Shown one piece after another: positions 1-17,741 of a stretch of 64,000 nucleotides of DNA. The DNA lies in the NCBI GenBank assembly GCA_964016885.1, contig OZ024748.1:27528001-27592000 (forward strand). The letters are read 5' to 3'. Made by a program: the position numbers and the translations under genes. The number at the start of each line of letters is the position of its first letter. Position 1 is the first letter of the stretch. The DNA comes from Eledone cirrhosa. Its lineage: Eukaryota. The notes below the pieces were generated by a model. It was not told the DNA's origin. It saw only the letters and a program-made list of their open reading frames with translations, and searched no databases.

Positions 1-269
1 GAACATATACTGCTTCCACCTCACTCCTCAAGACATACATCAGCTTCTATCCGTCATCGTAGAAAATACATATTTCCCTAGCTACCATCACACATACAAA
101 CCAACAACAGGCCTACCCCTGGGGTCCAGTCTTTCAGGCCTTCTAGCCATCACCTATATGACAGATAAAAGAAAGACAAACAAAAATAAAAAACAAAGAT
201 TACCAGGTAACTTACTTTTACTTTTCATTACCTTATCTTACAGTCTATTTTGCATTGTTTAACCTGTTA

Positions 270-891
270 TATTGACTCCCACTTTGAAGGATATGCTTTT
301 GCAATCCATGAACAGGAAATCAACACAAAATACCTGATTCACAAAAGAGATAGGGATGCAGACAAAACACCTAGATGTGACAAGTGCAGACTCTGAAGAA
401 TTAACATCGAAGATGTCACCCATGACATAAGCAGCTGTCTAAAGATGTCACCACGGTACTATCTACCTATGAGGCATGATGTAGTGGCCAAAACACAGTA
501 CAATGCAATCTGTAGAAAAGATAGCCCCGACAATAAACACATTAAAAGCTACAGCAATGTGGAAGGCATACATATACATAATATGAAAGAGTACTGGTGG
601 AATGTTCCAGTAAAAACCCCAATAAAATGCAGGCATAAAAGACCAGATATAATTATATGGGAGAGGGAAAAGAAAGCATGCACAGTAGTGGAAGTTAGCT
701 GCCCAGCAGATGCCAATATTATATCAAAGATTAGCGAAAAGGAAAATATCTATGCAGAACTAATGAGAAATCTACAGATATTCCACCCTGACTATACCTT
801 TAGATTTATACCTGTGATTATTGGGGCAATGGGATATGTCAGTAACTGCTTCAGTAAAAATTTTGCACATACAGCTCAAAACATACAATAA
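270..891 (+). mobile_element. Non-LTR retrotransposon fragment, R4/Dong-like, C-terminal CCHC knuckle plus restriction-like endonuclease (degenerate)
   Basis: Translation gives FAIHEQEINTKYL..CDKCRL*..EDVTHDISSC..RHDVVAK..RPDIIIWEREKKACTVVEVSCP..EKENIY, the CCHC/RHD/PD..E..K order of RLE-type LINEs; in-frame stop near 394. Confidence 0.85.
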
Positions 892-1043
892 CTTCCATAA
901 CTGCACATATATGTATGCGTATAGACATGCATACATATCTACCTAGTTGATGTTGTGTAAATTCCAATGAGAGAGTCTTGTATCTATGTTAGTAACCGGC
1001 TCTTTCTCTATTGACAAAAATTTGTGAAATTATAAAACCAAAA

Positions 1044-1226
1044 CATACATACATACATACATGCATACATACATACATACATACATACATACATACATAC
1101 ATACATACATACATGCATGCATGCATGCATACATACATACATACATACATACATACATACATACATACATACATACATACATACATACATACATACATAC
1201 ATACATACATACGTACATACATACAT
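1044..1226. repeat. (CATA)n tetranucleotide microsatellite
   Basis: Direct reading; explains the YVCM/HTYI ORFs. Confidence 0.98.
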
Positions 1227-1413
1227 AATGGCTGCATTTCGATTTCAAGTTTTGCCACCACCTGATCCACCTCTCACATATGGGTGGGACGAATATGACT
1301 CTTTAGCCCTTCCAAGGATCTACAATTATTATCTGCATATGCTGCAGAGATGAATATATATACAGAGAGAAAGATAGAGAGAGATAGAAAGTGAGAGGAG
1401 GTGGGGTAGAAGG

Positions 1414-1486
<73 letters not shown>

Positions 1487-2298
1487 TGCGTGTATTTCTT
1501 TATGCAGAGTAACTAGACATACGTGTACATCACAAGCTACATCTTGTGTCACGCATGTGCAACCCGACTGACATGTAGAACACTTCATCCATCACATGTA
1601 GTTCTCTGCCTACAACCAAAGAGACAGAATCAGGGTGTACAAAGAGTCCATGTCGAAATACAAGATCCTCATAGAGATGGACATGAAAGTGATTTGCCCG
1701 CTGTATAGGAGCAAATCATGGAATAGTATAGATAGAATACACGCACACAAACGCATGCACAAACAAAAAAACGTTATAGAAACAAAACAGAAGGAAACAG
1801 CGATAATCACTGAAGATGTCACAGAAATGTGTTACAAAAGAATTTTGAGAAATGGTATCTATATTTATATTTTTGATTGTTGATCAATCAAGGATAAACA
1901 TTGATTGCCTGCCAAATTATTTATCAAAATATAAACATATACTGAAGCGAAAACCAAACCAGACAATGTGTTTTCCTACTCTTTTGGCAATATTAGGACA
2001 ACACGATCCTCCCCAAATATAACACTTTCTGTTTCAACACACGATTTCATATAAAAAAAACCTTACAAAACAATTATATATATATTCTTTTTGTATATCT
2101 ATTTCACATAGAAATTGGCCATAACTCCAATTAACGTTTAACTATTGGAGACAATTAATGGTAAAGCTCTGTCTGGGTAAATATCTCGTCTAGATTAGTC
2201 AATATGTAGCTTGTGATGTATATATATGTGTCTAGTTACCCCACATTAAGGCATACACGCACATCTCCTTCGCACTCTCCCTCTCCTCCCTCTCCATA

Positions 2299-2341
<43 letters not shown>

Positions 2342-2838
2342 CTAGGGCGGGTAAAATTCCCAAGATCCATGGACGAGTTCTCTCCAGCGGTATGTATGTG
2401 TATATGTTCATCATTGCACCATATGCAGTTATTATTATTGTTGTTGTGATAGTTGCGGAGGTCAAGGTGGTAATGGTGGTGGTCATGGTTTTGGTGGTTG
2501 TGTTAGTAAAAGTGATATGAAAGCGGTGTTGGTATTGGTGGGAGTACTAGTGTGATGGCGGCTGTTCTTATTTGTCTAGGTTAAGTGAATGTTTGGGGGG
2601 GGGAAAAATAATATTATTGTTTTACATAGAATGTTTTGCCTATTACGAAGTCTAATGGAAAAGTAAGGCAGTGATTGTTTTTAAAAGAAACTGCTCACTT
2701 ATAATCCTAACAGATATTGCTATTTGTTTTGGTTCCTTAATAAACACTTTCGTACATAAATTATATCTTTATACCGAAAGAAGATATTTACCTGTTTTAA
2801 AATGGCTCATGCAGTGAATTGGTAGCAATACCATAATA

Positions 2839-3051
2839 CAAGGTGTTTCAAAAAATTAGATATTATTTGAGATGTAAATATCCCAGCAACTACCAATATA
2901 TATTGTGAGTTAGTGTTATAATGTTGACAGATTTTGAGGAATAAATCTTATTATTGCTCAACATTAAACCATCTCAGTCTTGTTGTCCTAGACTTTGTAG
3001 TTTCTGGAATATTTACATCTGAAATGATATCTAATTTTTGAAACAACCCTG
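2839..3051. mobile_element. Tc1/mariner-like MITE with ~55-bp terminal inverted repeats
   Basis: Left end CAAGGTGTTTCAAAAAATTAGATATTATTTGAGATGTAAATATCCCAGCAACTAC matches the reverse complement of the right end (CAGGGTTGTTTCAAAAATTAGATATCATTTCAGATGTAAATATTCCAGAAACTAC); TA precedes the left end. Confidence 0.8.
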
Positions 3052-3780
3052 TGTATCAAATATATACGAAAATATACATGTTTCAGTCAGAATATCTGAA
3101 AAAAATTTAATTCCAAGAGAAATTTACATACTCAATTTTTCACGTGACATATTTTATTATCAATATATTGATATATAATTAAGTCAAAATGAAGCTATAC
3201 AGAATATTCACTGTTTCTTGTCAAATTGTGCAGTCAATAGTAGCTCTAGCTGATTTTCTTCATTCGTGTTAATGTTCTAATATGTATGTGGGTTTTGCCA
3301 GGAGTTGCGACCGGTGATAGTATCAGCAAGGGAAAGACCAAGGGAAACATTGTTTCTTTGTTTCGATTTCATAAGTTCTACCCGACTTGGGTCATGTCGA
3401 TCGTCCATATATATATAAGTAAATAGCCATTGTAAGTAGTGTATAACGATAAGTTATATAGTACGATATAACAATTAACAAGATTTGAAAACCTCGCCAC
3501 AGATAAAACCTGTACAAATTCGGATCTAGGTAGAAAGTTGAAATATTCTGGTACCTTACTGCTCTGCTCATTCTGTTTAAGTATATACTTACAAGCTATA
3601 TTCATGACTCTTGCCAAACAAACCATACTCACCCTCCAAATTCGTCAAATTGTACCACAGACCACCAATTTTCCCAGACACAGCTTACGCAACCAGACCA
3701 TAATAGCCAGCTAATAGGGAAGACAGACGTTATCAAGCTGTAGTTGTCATATTACGAAGTTTCTATATAATGATTTCTGA

Positions 3781-3980
3781 TTTAGGCACAAGGCTAACAA
3801 TTTGGGGGAGGGAAAAGTCGATTAAATCGACCCCAGTGCATTACTGGTACTTTATTTTATCTATCCTGTAAGGATGAAAAGCAAAGCTAACATTTGAAAT
3901 CCTAACTCAAAGGGCCGTAAATCTGTTCCGCGAAGCATGTTGTCCGACGCTCTACCAATACTGTCACTCTACCGCCCTTA
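3781..3980 (-). mobile_element. tRNA-derived SINE (family A)
   Basis: Shares GGCACAAGGC..CGACCCC..CTGGTACTTTATTTTATC..GGATGAAAGGCAAAG body with more than ten other copies in the window. Confidence 0.85.
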
Positions 3981-4136
3981 GTTTCTATATAATAATGCCA
4001 AGTTTAATTCGCATGAAATCATACGAATGAAACAGTTCTAGTCCTATAGAAGCCATTTCTATATATTCAATAATTGTGCTTACACTCTACTAATATATTG
4101 AGTACCTTTTTAACTGTGGTTACCCCAGATTTTACC

Positions 4137-4269
<133 letters not shown>

Positions 4270-4859
4270 CTTAATGTGTTATTTAGGTCAATTCATGCAG
4301 GAATCAAAATCCATGGTGTAATCTATGGAATATGATACTGGCAGTTGAAGATGATGAAAAGATCATAGATATTATTTTAAGATTATTTATTTACTCCGCC
4401 GGTTTCACACTTCTATGATTATCAAAAGTAAAATTGAGAAGGAGGGTTTGTGTTTCTGCTGTAGTGTGTCTTGCATATAACTGGAGTTCGAACATTCTTT
4501 CTGTGTTATACAAAAAAGTGGCTCAGATTGGTATTTGTTTAAAAGAGAATCTTTATAGTGTGTCTTAGACATTAATTCAACTAAGTTTTTTTTATATACA
4601 TGTGACTTTAGGTTGAAACTTAAATTCATGAGGTTTAATATAAAAGTTATACCTCGAATGTTAGCTGGGAAACTATCTTGTTTTGTTTCTAAAATTGCGT
4701 GTAATAAAATTATTTAAAAAATTCGGGTGTCTAAGCAACAAACAATGCAGTTTTTTTTTTCTTTTCAAAATTATTCCTCTTCTATAATGGCCGTCTTTAT
4801 GGTATATTTACTTTGTGAAGCAGGAACAAATTTTATTTTTCAGTTATAGCTACTGAATA

Positions 4860-5580
4860 TACTTATACGTCAAGAAAAACGATTTTATGTATTCCTTGCG
4901 TCGACATATAGTTGGTGGCCCAAGAGACGTTTCTGGGGTTTTGATGCTTGCTAGCAATATTGTTTTCAAATCCTGATTGTATTCACAATACTATAACAAT
5001 ACTTGTATAATAGCATGCTTTAACGAAGTTAACAATATACTCGGAAATAAATAAATCCCAACAAAAGATTTGATAAGGTGAGTTAGAAGGTATAATTTAA
5101 GGCTGGAAACATTGCTTCTAAAGGCGACCAACAAGGAGAATGCCTCATCAGAAATTGATTTTAAGGAAAGATGTGCTGATGACATTGACACTAAACTATT
5201 AATAGCCCAGCTTCCGGTATTTAAAGTCTCTATGAGAGAAAGCTCTGCTTCTTATATATCGTCATTGTAGACCAGCTGAATGGAAAAATTAGCCGACAAC
5301 AAGCATATAATATCAGAGACTTAGACAATTAGCTACCATTTACTGATGAATCCTAAGGCATCGTTTATGGCTGAACGAACAATTTCACTGGCCAAAAGAT
5401 TAGACATGCCTGCGGTCAAAATGACACAAGAGTGACACAAGAATAATCAAATTCTTTAGCTAGACTTTTTATCAAAGAACGGACAGGCAAAATAAATGTG
5501 ATTTGATTGCAGTTCCTGCGGAATTTGTTTACCGAAATGAAAATGTTCAAAATAATTTCGGAAGATTATATATAACTGGA
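4860..5580 (+). mobile_element. Decayed hAT-type transposase, C-terminal dimerisation region
   Basis: Around 5340-5460 reads LLMNPKASFMAERTISLAKRL..KMTQE, resembling the hAT PAxSxxAERSFSxxxRL...STMTQ motif; many stops and frameshifts. Confidence 0.55.
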
Positions 5581-6738
5581 CGGTAGATTGAGCTCCATAA
5601 TAAGATTCATAATTATGACTGTTTTGCCCCTAAGAATGACATCTTATGGTTGATATTTTACTGTACATGCGTTACAAACTGTAATCACCGCATTCCAAAC
5701 CTCCCAAATAATGCAGGTTATGATCACAGAGAAATCATTTCTTTTCATGTCTGTCGCTGCAGTCGATTCCTTTTTTTTAAATATTAATTTGTATTGAAAC
5801 GCGTAGATTTTATAGCATGGACGTTTGCAAATATTTTCACCATCTGCTATGCCTTCTAATACTACTAATTATTAACCTCCCTCCAACCTCACTAAAAACA
5901 GTTATATAGTACCTTGACATAACCACTACCTATTACTCAATATATCGAATTACCATGATCAATCGACCCTGCGAAACGATAGTAAAACAATGAACTAATT
6001 AAAAATCCTCTCTTCGACTTTTGTTTTATTTTCATTGTTCAATAAACACATACACGTGTAAATGACTCTCTAGCTTGAGTAACATCTTCGATAGGACCTT
6101 ATGCGATGGGAGCCTCCTACAAAAACTATAGCTCTCACCGCCTAATCACGTTGAAGCCATCTCTTCAAAGCTGCATTGAGGGCTAACAATGTTATCGGAC
6201 CCACCATTAACGGGTGGATACCAGTATATATATATATAAACTTAAGAAAATTAACAAAGAGAGGACAAGACAACGTACGAAAAACAATTTTTTAAGGGGA
6301 AACCTTAAAAAGTTTTTTTTTTTTTATAAAAATACAAACGAAGGACACAACTCCATGGTCATCGGCCATTGAGGTGAACTTTGGCAGTTTCGACTAATAC
6401 CAACGACACTGCTAGTCCACCCTGAGTCACAATCTTCTTCTCAATAGGCTTCTTCTCAACAAGAAAGATGAACAAACTTGCCTCAACATTTAATTTTAAA
6501 TCTTTAATTTTTAATTCTTTTTAATTGTAATACTCAACATTTGATAAGATGGATTTCACTAATACATCGAAACCGGTAATATTTTATATATTTTATATAC
6601 ATTATACAGCACTTTTTTAAAAGAATTGTCCCTCTGATTTGTTCAATAATGTCACTTTGACGAATCAAAGAAAGAAAAAAAAAAGAAAAACAGATTCTTA
6701 AATATATTTTCCGTGCTATTTCCAATTTCACCTTCTCT

Positions 6739-6794
<56 letters not shown>

Positions 6795-6904
6795 ATATCT
6801 ATCTATGATCTGCAGTTAACAGCTGATGAAGGGTTTCTTCTCTTGTTTCGTCCATATTACCATCTTAAACTTTGTTTACAGTAACCACACAGCCTGCTTC
6901 GTTT

Positions 6905-7160
6905 CCCATTTATATTCTTGGCATAGAGTTTCAGATCATCCACAAAGAAATTATGGGTTAAGTTCGTATTTCTGTCTTCTTGTGACCCAATGATGTATCC
7001 CTCACATTTCTTGAGCAGAAAGGACAAGGAGTTTAATGACATGATAAATAGTAGCACAGAGAGACTATCTCCTTGATATGTACCCCTGTGATATTCTATT
7101 TTATCAGTGAAAATAGAGTTCTACACCTCTGTTTTTAACTTTAAGATAGTAGCCCAAGAA
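6905..7160 (-). mobile_element. R4/Dong-like LINE reverse transcriptase fragment
   Basis: Minus strand reads YQGDSLSVLLFIMSLNSLSFLL..THNFFVDDLKLYAKN (QGD motif and F/YxDD catalytic motif). Confidence 0.85.
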
Positions 7161-7563
7161 GAAGAAGGCTCTGATAATAATGTCTGGGACTTTAGCAAAT
7201 CGGAAGGCCTCTATCATCATGTATGTATGAATGTATGTATGTATGCATATGTATATCTATATGTACGTATATATTATAATAAAGAAATAGCAAATGTGAA
7301 AATTAAGTAATTTTACTCTTCTACATCTTTCTAGAAGGTCAAATCAAATAAATTGTTGTTGTTGACTGCAATATTGTGCTGTATTCATTTTTGTTGTGTT
7401 GATACTATCTTGTTATATGTTGCGGTAGAGGGGGGGGGGGGGGGGGGGGGCAATAAGAACCTCATAAGAACCTCTAACATTTAAACTTCTTTCTCTTTTG
7501 TTCAATTTATGAGGGCGCTGCAATATGATCCCTTTAGTTACCTCTAGCACGTAACTGCGTTTA

Positions 7564-8003
<440 letters not shown>

Positions 8004-8766
8004 CCTCTTCTACATCTTTATTTTGCAGTCTGAGTTGTCTCCTTTCATTTCCCAGCTTTGCTTCATTATCTTCTGCTGTTTTATTTTGTCTTTTTCTTCT
8101 TTCAGTTATTCTTATTCCTTTTCTTATCTCCATCTTTACTTCTATTTCTACTTGTGTTCCTTATTGTCGTTTTTTGCAGCACTCATTCTCCTCCTCTTCA
8201 GTTCACACTGAACAGGGACTCCTTTTTGTGATCACCTTCTCGTCTTCGTTTTTCTACAATTCGAAATCAATCACTTTCTTTGTAAATGAGAGCATCATCG
8301 TCTGTTTCATTTACAATTACATGTACATTTGATAAAGAGCGAATTACATCCTGCTGTTCTCCGGTTTTTCTCTTTCTCCTATGGTCTGCCAGGCCTTCTC
8401 TTTCCTGTACCAATTGCCGCCTTCTTTCATCAAATTCTTCCATGTGCGTTAAAAATTAGCACTTTCGAAATAGGAAGCGCCTAACAAAATATATCGATTT
8501 TCCCATCATTTTAAATGATCTTTAAAATAAAGGAAGAATAGGTTTCATTGTATGCAATGATAAAAATAGATTACAGGGCAAGTGATTGAGAGAGAGTAAA
8601 ATTCCAATAACTCGATTCAATGAAAAATTGGTAACAATGATTCGAAGACACTTTTATAGGTACAGATGTTCTACTAATGTGGTTAGAGCGTGACACAAAC
8701 AGCAAACAAACCAACGAAAATAAACAACAATGTACAAGGAAAAGAATTGGCATTTATTCATATATA

Positions 8767-9115
8767 CTAGCTGGCCCCCAGTCGTCAAATATGACGGCTA
8801 ATTGTAATATATATACGCAATATAAAAAGAGGTGTTTGTCTGTTTGTTTGTTGGTTGGTTGTTTCCTTTGCGCTCACTCACACAAGTGATATAAACATAC
8901 AAACACACAGCTGTGACGAAACTTAGAACGCTGGACTTCTATAGTTTCTCCCGCCCTTCTTCAGTCATCACATAGATGTGCGTGTATTAGACACCTCTTC
9001 CTTCCTCAGCCACCGTAATCACCTCTTCCTTCCTCAGTCGACATAATCATTCCTTCCTTCCTCTGTCATCTCTAGTGTGTGACGAACAAATACACAGGGT
9101 TATTATATTAGTAGA
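8767..9115 (-). mobile_element. Non-autonomous Helitron-like element
   Basis: On the minus strand it begins TCTACTAATATAATAACCC and ends with hairpin AGCCGTCA-TATT-TGACGACT followed by CTAG, inserted between A and T. Confidence 0.65.
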
Positions 9116-9309
9116 TACTAGGTTGTTATGGCGACATGGAATTTCCTTGGATCTAGCTAGCATTCATCTATCCATCCCTCACACTAGAATGAAATATTTA
9201 TTATTATAAGCAGGTGGATTGACAGATTTGGTAGAGCGTCAGACGAAATACTGCTCAATATTTGTTCTGGATCTTAACGTTCTGAGTTCAAATCCTGCCC
9301 AGATTAACT

Positions 9310-9620
9310 CGAAAGAAGTGAGACGTGCAAAAATTGTATTGAATGCATATTGTTAGTATGCATGAACGAGGAGATACAAATGAACTGAGAGAAAACCTGT
9401 GTATAATAGGAAGTAGATGTAATGTACAAGAACAAGGCTATGCTGGTACAGACATGTTATGCATATGGACGGTGATAGTTCTGTAAGAAAGAGCCAAAAG
9501 ATGCATGTAAAAAGAAACTGCAGAAAAGAGATTTCCAGGAAGAAATGGGAATAGTTAGTGAAGCATGAAACCAAGAAGCTGGATATACATATGTTCCCAC
9601 AGTCTACTGAGTGTATTTAT
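9310..9620 (+). mobile_element. Decayed RTE-clade LINE 3' end
   Basis: RLCWYRHVMHM..SRKKWE resembles the RTE C-terminal LRWYGHVxRM..GRPRKTW motif. Confidence 0.55.
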
Positions 9621-9647
9621 CATGGCACCATCACTAATAGTTTATAC

Positions 9648-9950
9648 CATGGCTTAGTGATTAGGGTATTCTACTAATGATCATAGATTCTTGAGTTCGA
9701 TTCCCAATCGCACATTGTGTCCTTGAGCAAGACACTTTATTTCATGCTGCTCCAGTCTACTCAGCTGGCAACAATGAGTTGTACCTGTAAATCAAAGAGC
9801 CAGGCTTGTCACATTCTGTGTCAAACTGAATCTCCCTGAGAACTACGTTAAGGCTATACATGTCTGTGGAATGTTCAGCCACTTGCACTTTAATTTCACG
9901 AGCATGATCATATCAAATAAAACACTTGTTGCTGTAACCGACATTGCCCG
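9648..9950 (+). mobile_element. tRNA-derived SINE (family B)
   Basis: A-box-like TGGCTTAGTGA, B-box GAGTTCGATTCCC, then GTGTCCTTGAGCAAGACACTTTATTTCA shared with 28550, 51830 (minus) and 56460. Confidence 0.8.
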
Positions 9951-9974
9951 TAAGTAATATATATATATAGAGAG

Positions 9975-12860
<2,886 letters not shown>

Positions 12861-12890
12861 AATAACTTGTGTGTTACACCTCTATTCTTT

Positions 12891-13022
<132 letters not shown>

Positions 13023-13294
13023 AATAACATGGTCGGCTGTACAAAAAGGGTTTATTTCTAGTATTAACAATTGTTTCATTGATCAGGTGAAACAATTGTT
13101 AATACTAGAAATAAAACCCTTTTTGTACAGCCGACCATGTTATTCTTCAATCTTTCACTATTATTACTCCAAGAATAACTTGCATAGGAATTCTCGCAAA
13201 CTCGCCACCTAACTATGGAAACCTCTTGTACGTTAAAACTATCCACAATACAGAGTACTCACAACCTCCAATAATCAGCGTTTAAGCTCCACGA

Positions 13295-13349
<55 letters not shown>

Positions 13350-13363
13350 GTGTGTGTGTGTAC

Positions 13364-13800
13364 TAGCTGAGTAGTCCGTCGTTGCTGGACAATAATCACA
13401 ATAGTATGCCATTTATATCAATTTTTTTTTATTCCATGTCAGGCCATGTCTTCCCTGAAGGATAATTCTCTTGATGTGGACAACCAATAGGTGAAACAAG
13501 GTATTCTACTAATAATCATAAATTATTGAGTTCGATTCCCAAGGTGAAACAATGTTTGTCCTCATGATTTGTTGATGCACATGGCAAAACTAAGATCCAC
13601 TGGAAATTGAAGTTGTTTGAACTGAAATGGGATATCAGTGGGGATAGGAGGAATTCTGGAAAAGAACACATCCTCTCCCCTACCACATCCTGTTGAAATG
13701 GGGGCTTGAATCACGTGTGGATACATATTTATCACAACCAATCGAGTGCCGTTACATAGCCTTGGTGGGTATAAATTCCTCAATAACATGAGGGAGCCTT
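13364..13800 (-). mobile_element. Helitron 3' fragment with PIF1-like helicase C-terminus
   Basis: MLLRNLYPPRLCNGTRLVV..IPFQFKQLQFPVDLSFAMCINKS; CTAG terminus with a nearby GTCC/GGAC hairpin at 13364-13390. Confidence 0.85.
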
Positions 13801-13809
13801 ACTGAACCT

Positions 13810-15560
13810 AATGAATTCTATTCTAATCGCCCTTTTCAGGGTGAACTACTATTTGTTGTTGACGACTGCTCCCGTCGATGCCCGCTTAACTAATTCACTA
13901 ATCCGGTCTCCGAACGATTTGCGCGTCGGGAGCGACGCGTTCAGTTTCCAGGACCGGGTCCCTGTCTATGAAGCCTATCTAAGTCGATCAAACAGATCAC
14001 GAATTTATGGTCTGTGTAGTCGTCTATCTTGAACAACATACGTTGGACTTATCTATTGCCATAGAAAACATCCTATCTAGATACGACCTGGATGTCCATG
14101 TCCACATTGGCACATTCGAAAAATCCAGTCGGCACCTGTCAGACTGTTGAAGACGTCTGAGCATGTTGCGAGGCTTTTACACCCTCTTCTTCTATCCGCT
14201 TGTCCCACACAGCCCCAGTGTACATCCAAGATCCTGTTCAAATCACCCACTTACACTAAAGAGCGAGAAAAATGTCGGGGCATAGACGGCCACTAACCGG
14301 AAAGCGCGGTTTGTCCATGTCCACATTGGCACATTCGGGAAATCCAGTCAGTACCTGTCAGACAGTTGAAAGCGTCTTCACTGCTGGTCACGTCTAGCAC
14401 CACCAACCTGCCTTCTGGGTCTAGGAAAGACTCGTGCCGTGAGATCGAGACCTCTCGGAAACAACACAGCTACTCTGTCTCCAGATCCTGGACGGCTTAG
14501 AGATGCGTACACATCGTAATTGCTGAAAATGAGTGCGATGGTTCATGCCTCGAAGATTCTGATCTTGCTGATGGCCACTACATCTATGTTCATTATATGA
14601 GGTCGTTGAGTAGGTGACCTTGCTTCCAAGGCGCCCCCGGGCCACATGAATTTATACTGCCTATTCCGAGTGAGGCCATGGTTAAAAGAGGGTGGAAACA
14701 AGTGAAAACTTACCCCTGGCTTTCTGGTGGAGAGACGGTTGCTTCGTCCGTCTAGCCAGTTGTGGGCTTCTCCACAAGGATGTCTCTGTATATTCTTATA
14801 GAGAGGGTTTGAATCTTAGAAAATTTTCTTGAGAAGAGTGTATGTTTATTTATTTCTGTGAATTTTATATGCGTGGGTGGTGTGAATTTTTCGGGTGTTA
14901 TGTAGTTTTTTTCTCTAATGCTAGTGAAGTAATTTTTTGTTGTTCGTGTTTATTGTTGTGTAGCGCATAACAGTTGTATCGTTTTGTTGGATTTAAGATT
15001 GTTGGTGGTGGAAGTGAGGGTTTTGTTGTTGCCGTTGTTGATGCGGGTGCTGTTTTGTTTGCTGCGACTGCAGCCGCAGCCGTCTTAGTTGCTCCCAGCA
15101 TGTGATCCGGCGTGGGAAACGGAGGGGGACCTAGTTCCTGCCTTTGATTGGGGCAGAAGGCCTTTAGGCGGTTTTTCTCCCCACAGAGTCGGCATCTTGG
15201 CCTTCTACACTTGACGGTCATGTGTATCTGTCTGCCATCATCGAGGTCTATCACGCCGGGAATGGCTTCTATATTCTCCTGGGTTGTTTGGATCAGTAAT
15301 TCCACCCCTATCCTGTTCAGTTTTCTTGCCTTATTTTTACCGTGTCCAGGACTGTCGTTGTTTTCTCGACGTCGGCAAGGAGACCCACCCTCAGCCAAGA
15401 AATGGCTAATGAATACTGCACTTGGGTTACTCTATCCTTAACGAGGTTTCGGCCACAGTGTGTTGGCACCGTGGTGGTGGTGTTGTTTGCAATACAGTTG
15501 ACTTATGTTTTGTCTGATATTTTAAGTGAAGTGATAAAGTAGGAAAATATTTTTCGTAGT
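13810..15560 (-). mobile_element. Tx1/L1-like LINE 5' fragment (ORF1 with zinc knuckle and decayed APE endonuclease)
   Basis: ORF 14898-15398 has RRPRCRLCGEKNRLKAFCP (degenerate CX2CX4HX4C); downstream decayed DVVAISKIR and LDRYLD..YLDR APE-like motifs; internal 65-bp direct duplication 14094-14158/14313-14377. Confidence 0.7.
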
Positions 15561-15634
15561 TTTTATTTTCCTCTGCCAGGTTGTTACTGTTGGTATTGTT
15601 GTTGTTGTCGTCGGCGACGATGTCTGTGGTAGTT

Positions 15635-15812
15635 TAGGCACAAGGCCAGCAAATTTGGAGATGTGAAAAGTCGATTAAATCGACCCCAGTGTGTGACTGG
15701 CACTTTATTTTATTGACCCCGTGAGGATGAAAGGCAAAGCTAACCACGGTGGGATTTGAACGCATAATGTAAAGGGCCCTAACTCTATGTCGCAAAGTAT
15801 GTTGTCCGACCA
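15635..15812 (-). mobile_element. tRNA-derived SINE (family A)
   Basis: Sequence match to other family A copies. Confidence 0.8.
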
Positions 15813-16094
15813 TGGTAGGGAAAGACGATACAAAAATATCTAATACTAACCTCTCGTATTATCATTGGCACCACTATTACTACTACCGCTACTATCAACA
15901 ACAACAACGCCCACACCACTACCACCACCATACTACGATAACCACCGCCGCCACCACCACCACCACTACTACCAGCACACAATCCATAAATTACGGAGGA
16001 AAGTACCTGGCTCCAAGCCTGCTCTATGACGTTCTCGCCTCTTTCACCTCTGACATCAACAACAATAAATTGAATACATTGAATACAATTGGCC

Positions 16095-17570
16095 AACCCC
16101 AGTAACACCAGCACCACCACCAGTAACACCAGCCCAGTAACACCACCACCACCACCACCAGTAACACCACCAGCACCACCACCAGTAACACCAACCGAGT
16201 AACACCACCACCACCACCACCAGTAACACCACCAACACCACCACCAGTAACACCAGCCCAGTAACACCACCACCACCACCACCAGTAACACCAGCCCAGT
16301 AACACCACCACCAGTAACACCAGCACCAGTAACACCACCACCACCACCACCAGTAACACCAACCCAGTAACACCACCACCACCACCACCACCAGTAACAC
16401 CAGCCCAGTAACACCACCACCACCACCACCAGTAACACCAGCACCACCACCACCAGTAACACCACCACCAGTAACACCAGCACCAGTAACACCACCACCA
16501 CCACCACCACCACCAGTAACACCACCACCACCACCACCAGTAACACCAACTCCAGTAACACCACCACCACCACCACCAGTAACACCACCACCACCACCAC
16601 CAGTAACACCAACTCCAGTAACACCACCACCACCACCACCAGTAACACCAGCACCAGTAACACCACCACCACCACCACCAGTAACACCAGCACCAGTAAC
16701 ACCACCACCACCACCACCAGTAACACCAACTCCAGTAACACCGCCACCACCACCACCAGTAACACCACCACCACCAGTAACACCAACTCCAGTAACACCA
16801 CCACCACCACCACCAGTAACACCAGCACCACCACCACCAGTAACACCAGCACCAGTAACACCACCACCACCACCACCACCACCAGTAACACCAGCACCAG
16901 TAACACCACCACCACCACCACCAGTAACACCAACTCCAGTAACACCACCACCACCGCCACCAGTAACACCACCACCGCCACCACCAGTAACACCAACTCC
17001 AGTAACACCACCACCACCAGTAACACCAACTCCAGTAACACCACCACCACCACCAGTAACAGCAGCACCAGTAACACCACCACCACCACCACCAGTAACA
17101 CCAACTCCAGTAACACCACCACCACCACCAGTAACACCACCACCACCACCAGTAACACCAGCACCAGTAACACCACCACCACCACCGCCAGTAACACCAA
17201 CTCCAGTAACACCACCACCACCACCAGTAACACCAGCACCAGTAACACCACCACCACCACCACCAGTAACACCAACTCCAGTAACACCACCACCACCACC
17301 AGTAACACCAACTCCAGTAACGCCACCACCACCACCAGTAACACCAGCACCAGTAACACCACCACCACCACCACCAGTAACACCAACTCCAGTAACACCA
17401 CCACCACCACCAGTAACACCACCACCAGTAACACCACCACCACCACCAGTAACACCAGCACCAGTAACACCACCACCACCACCACCAGTAACACCAACTC
17501 CAGTAACACCACCACCACCACCACCAGTAACACCAACTCCAGTAACACCACCACCACCACCACCAGCAAT
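16095..17570. repeat. Compound minisatellite of CCAGTAACA(CCA)n with CCAACT/CCAGCA variants
   Basis: Direct reading; source of the 671-aa L/V ORF. Confidence 0.95.
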
Positions 17571-17741
17571 ATCAGCAATAATACTAGCAAAACCAACACT
17601 AACACTAACACCATCACAAACAACATCATGATCATCATCATCACCACAAACAATAACACCAACAACAACAGCAATATCACTACTACCACCACCAACAGTA
17701 ACACTAACAGCAATATCAACAACAATATTACCAACACCACT

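Noticed and set aside
1805-1850. CTGAAGA..GAAA motif
   Set aside because: Stem II loop would be a single nucleotide and stem I does not pair.
6825-6900. CTGATGA as hammerhead core
   Set aside because: No closing stem II or GAAA before the sequence is cut by a LINE fragment.
8270-8445. 58-aa charged minus-strand ORF (MEEFDERRRQLVQER..)
   Set aside because: Short, followed by stops, no recognisable family.
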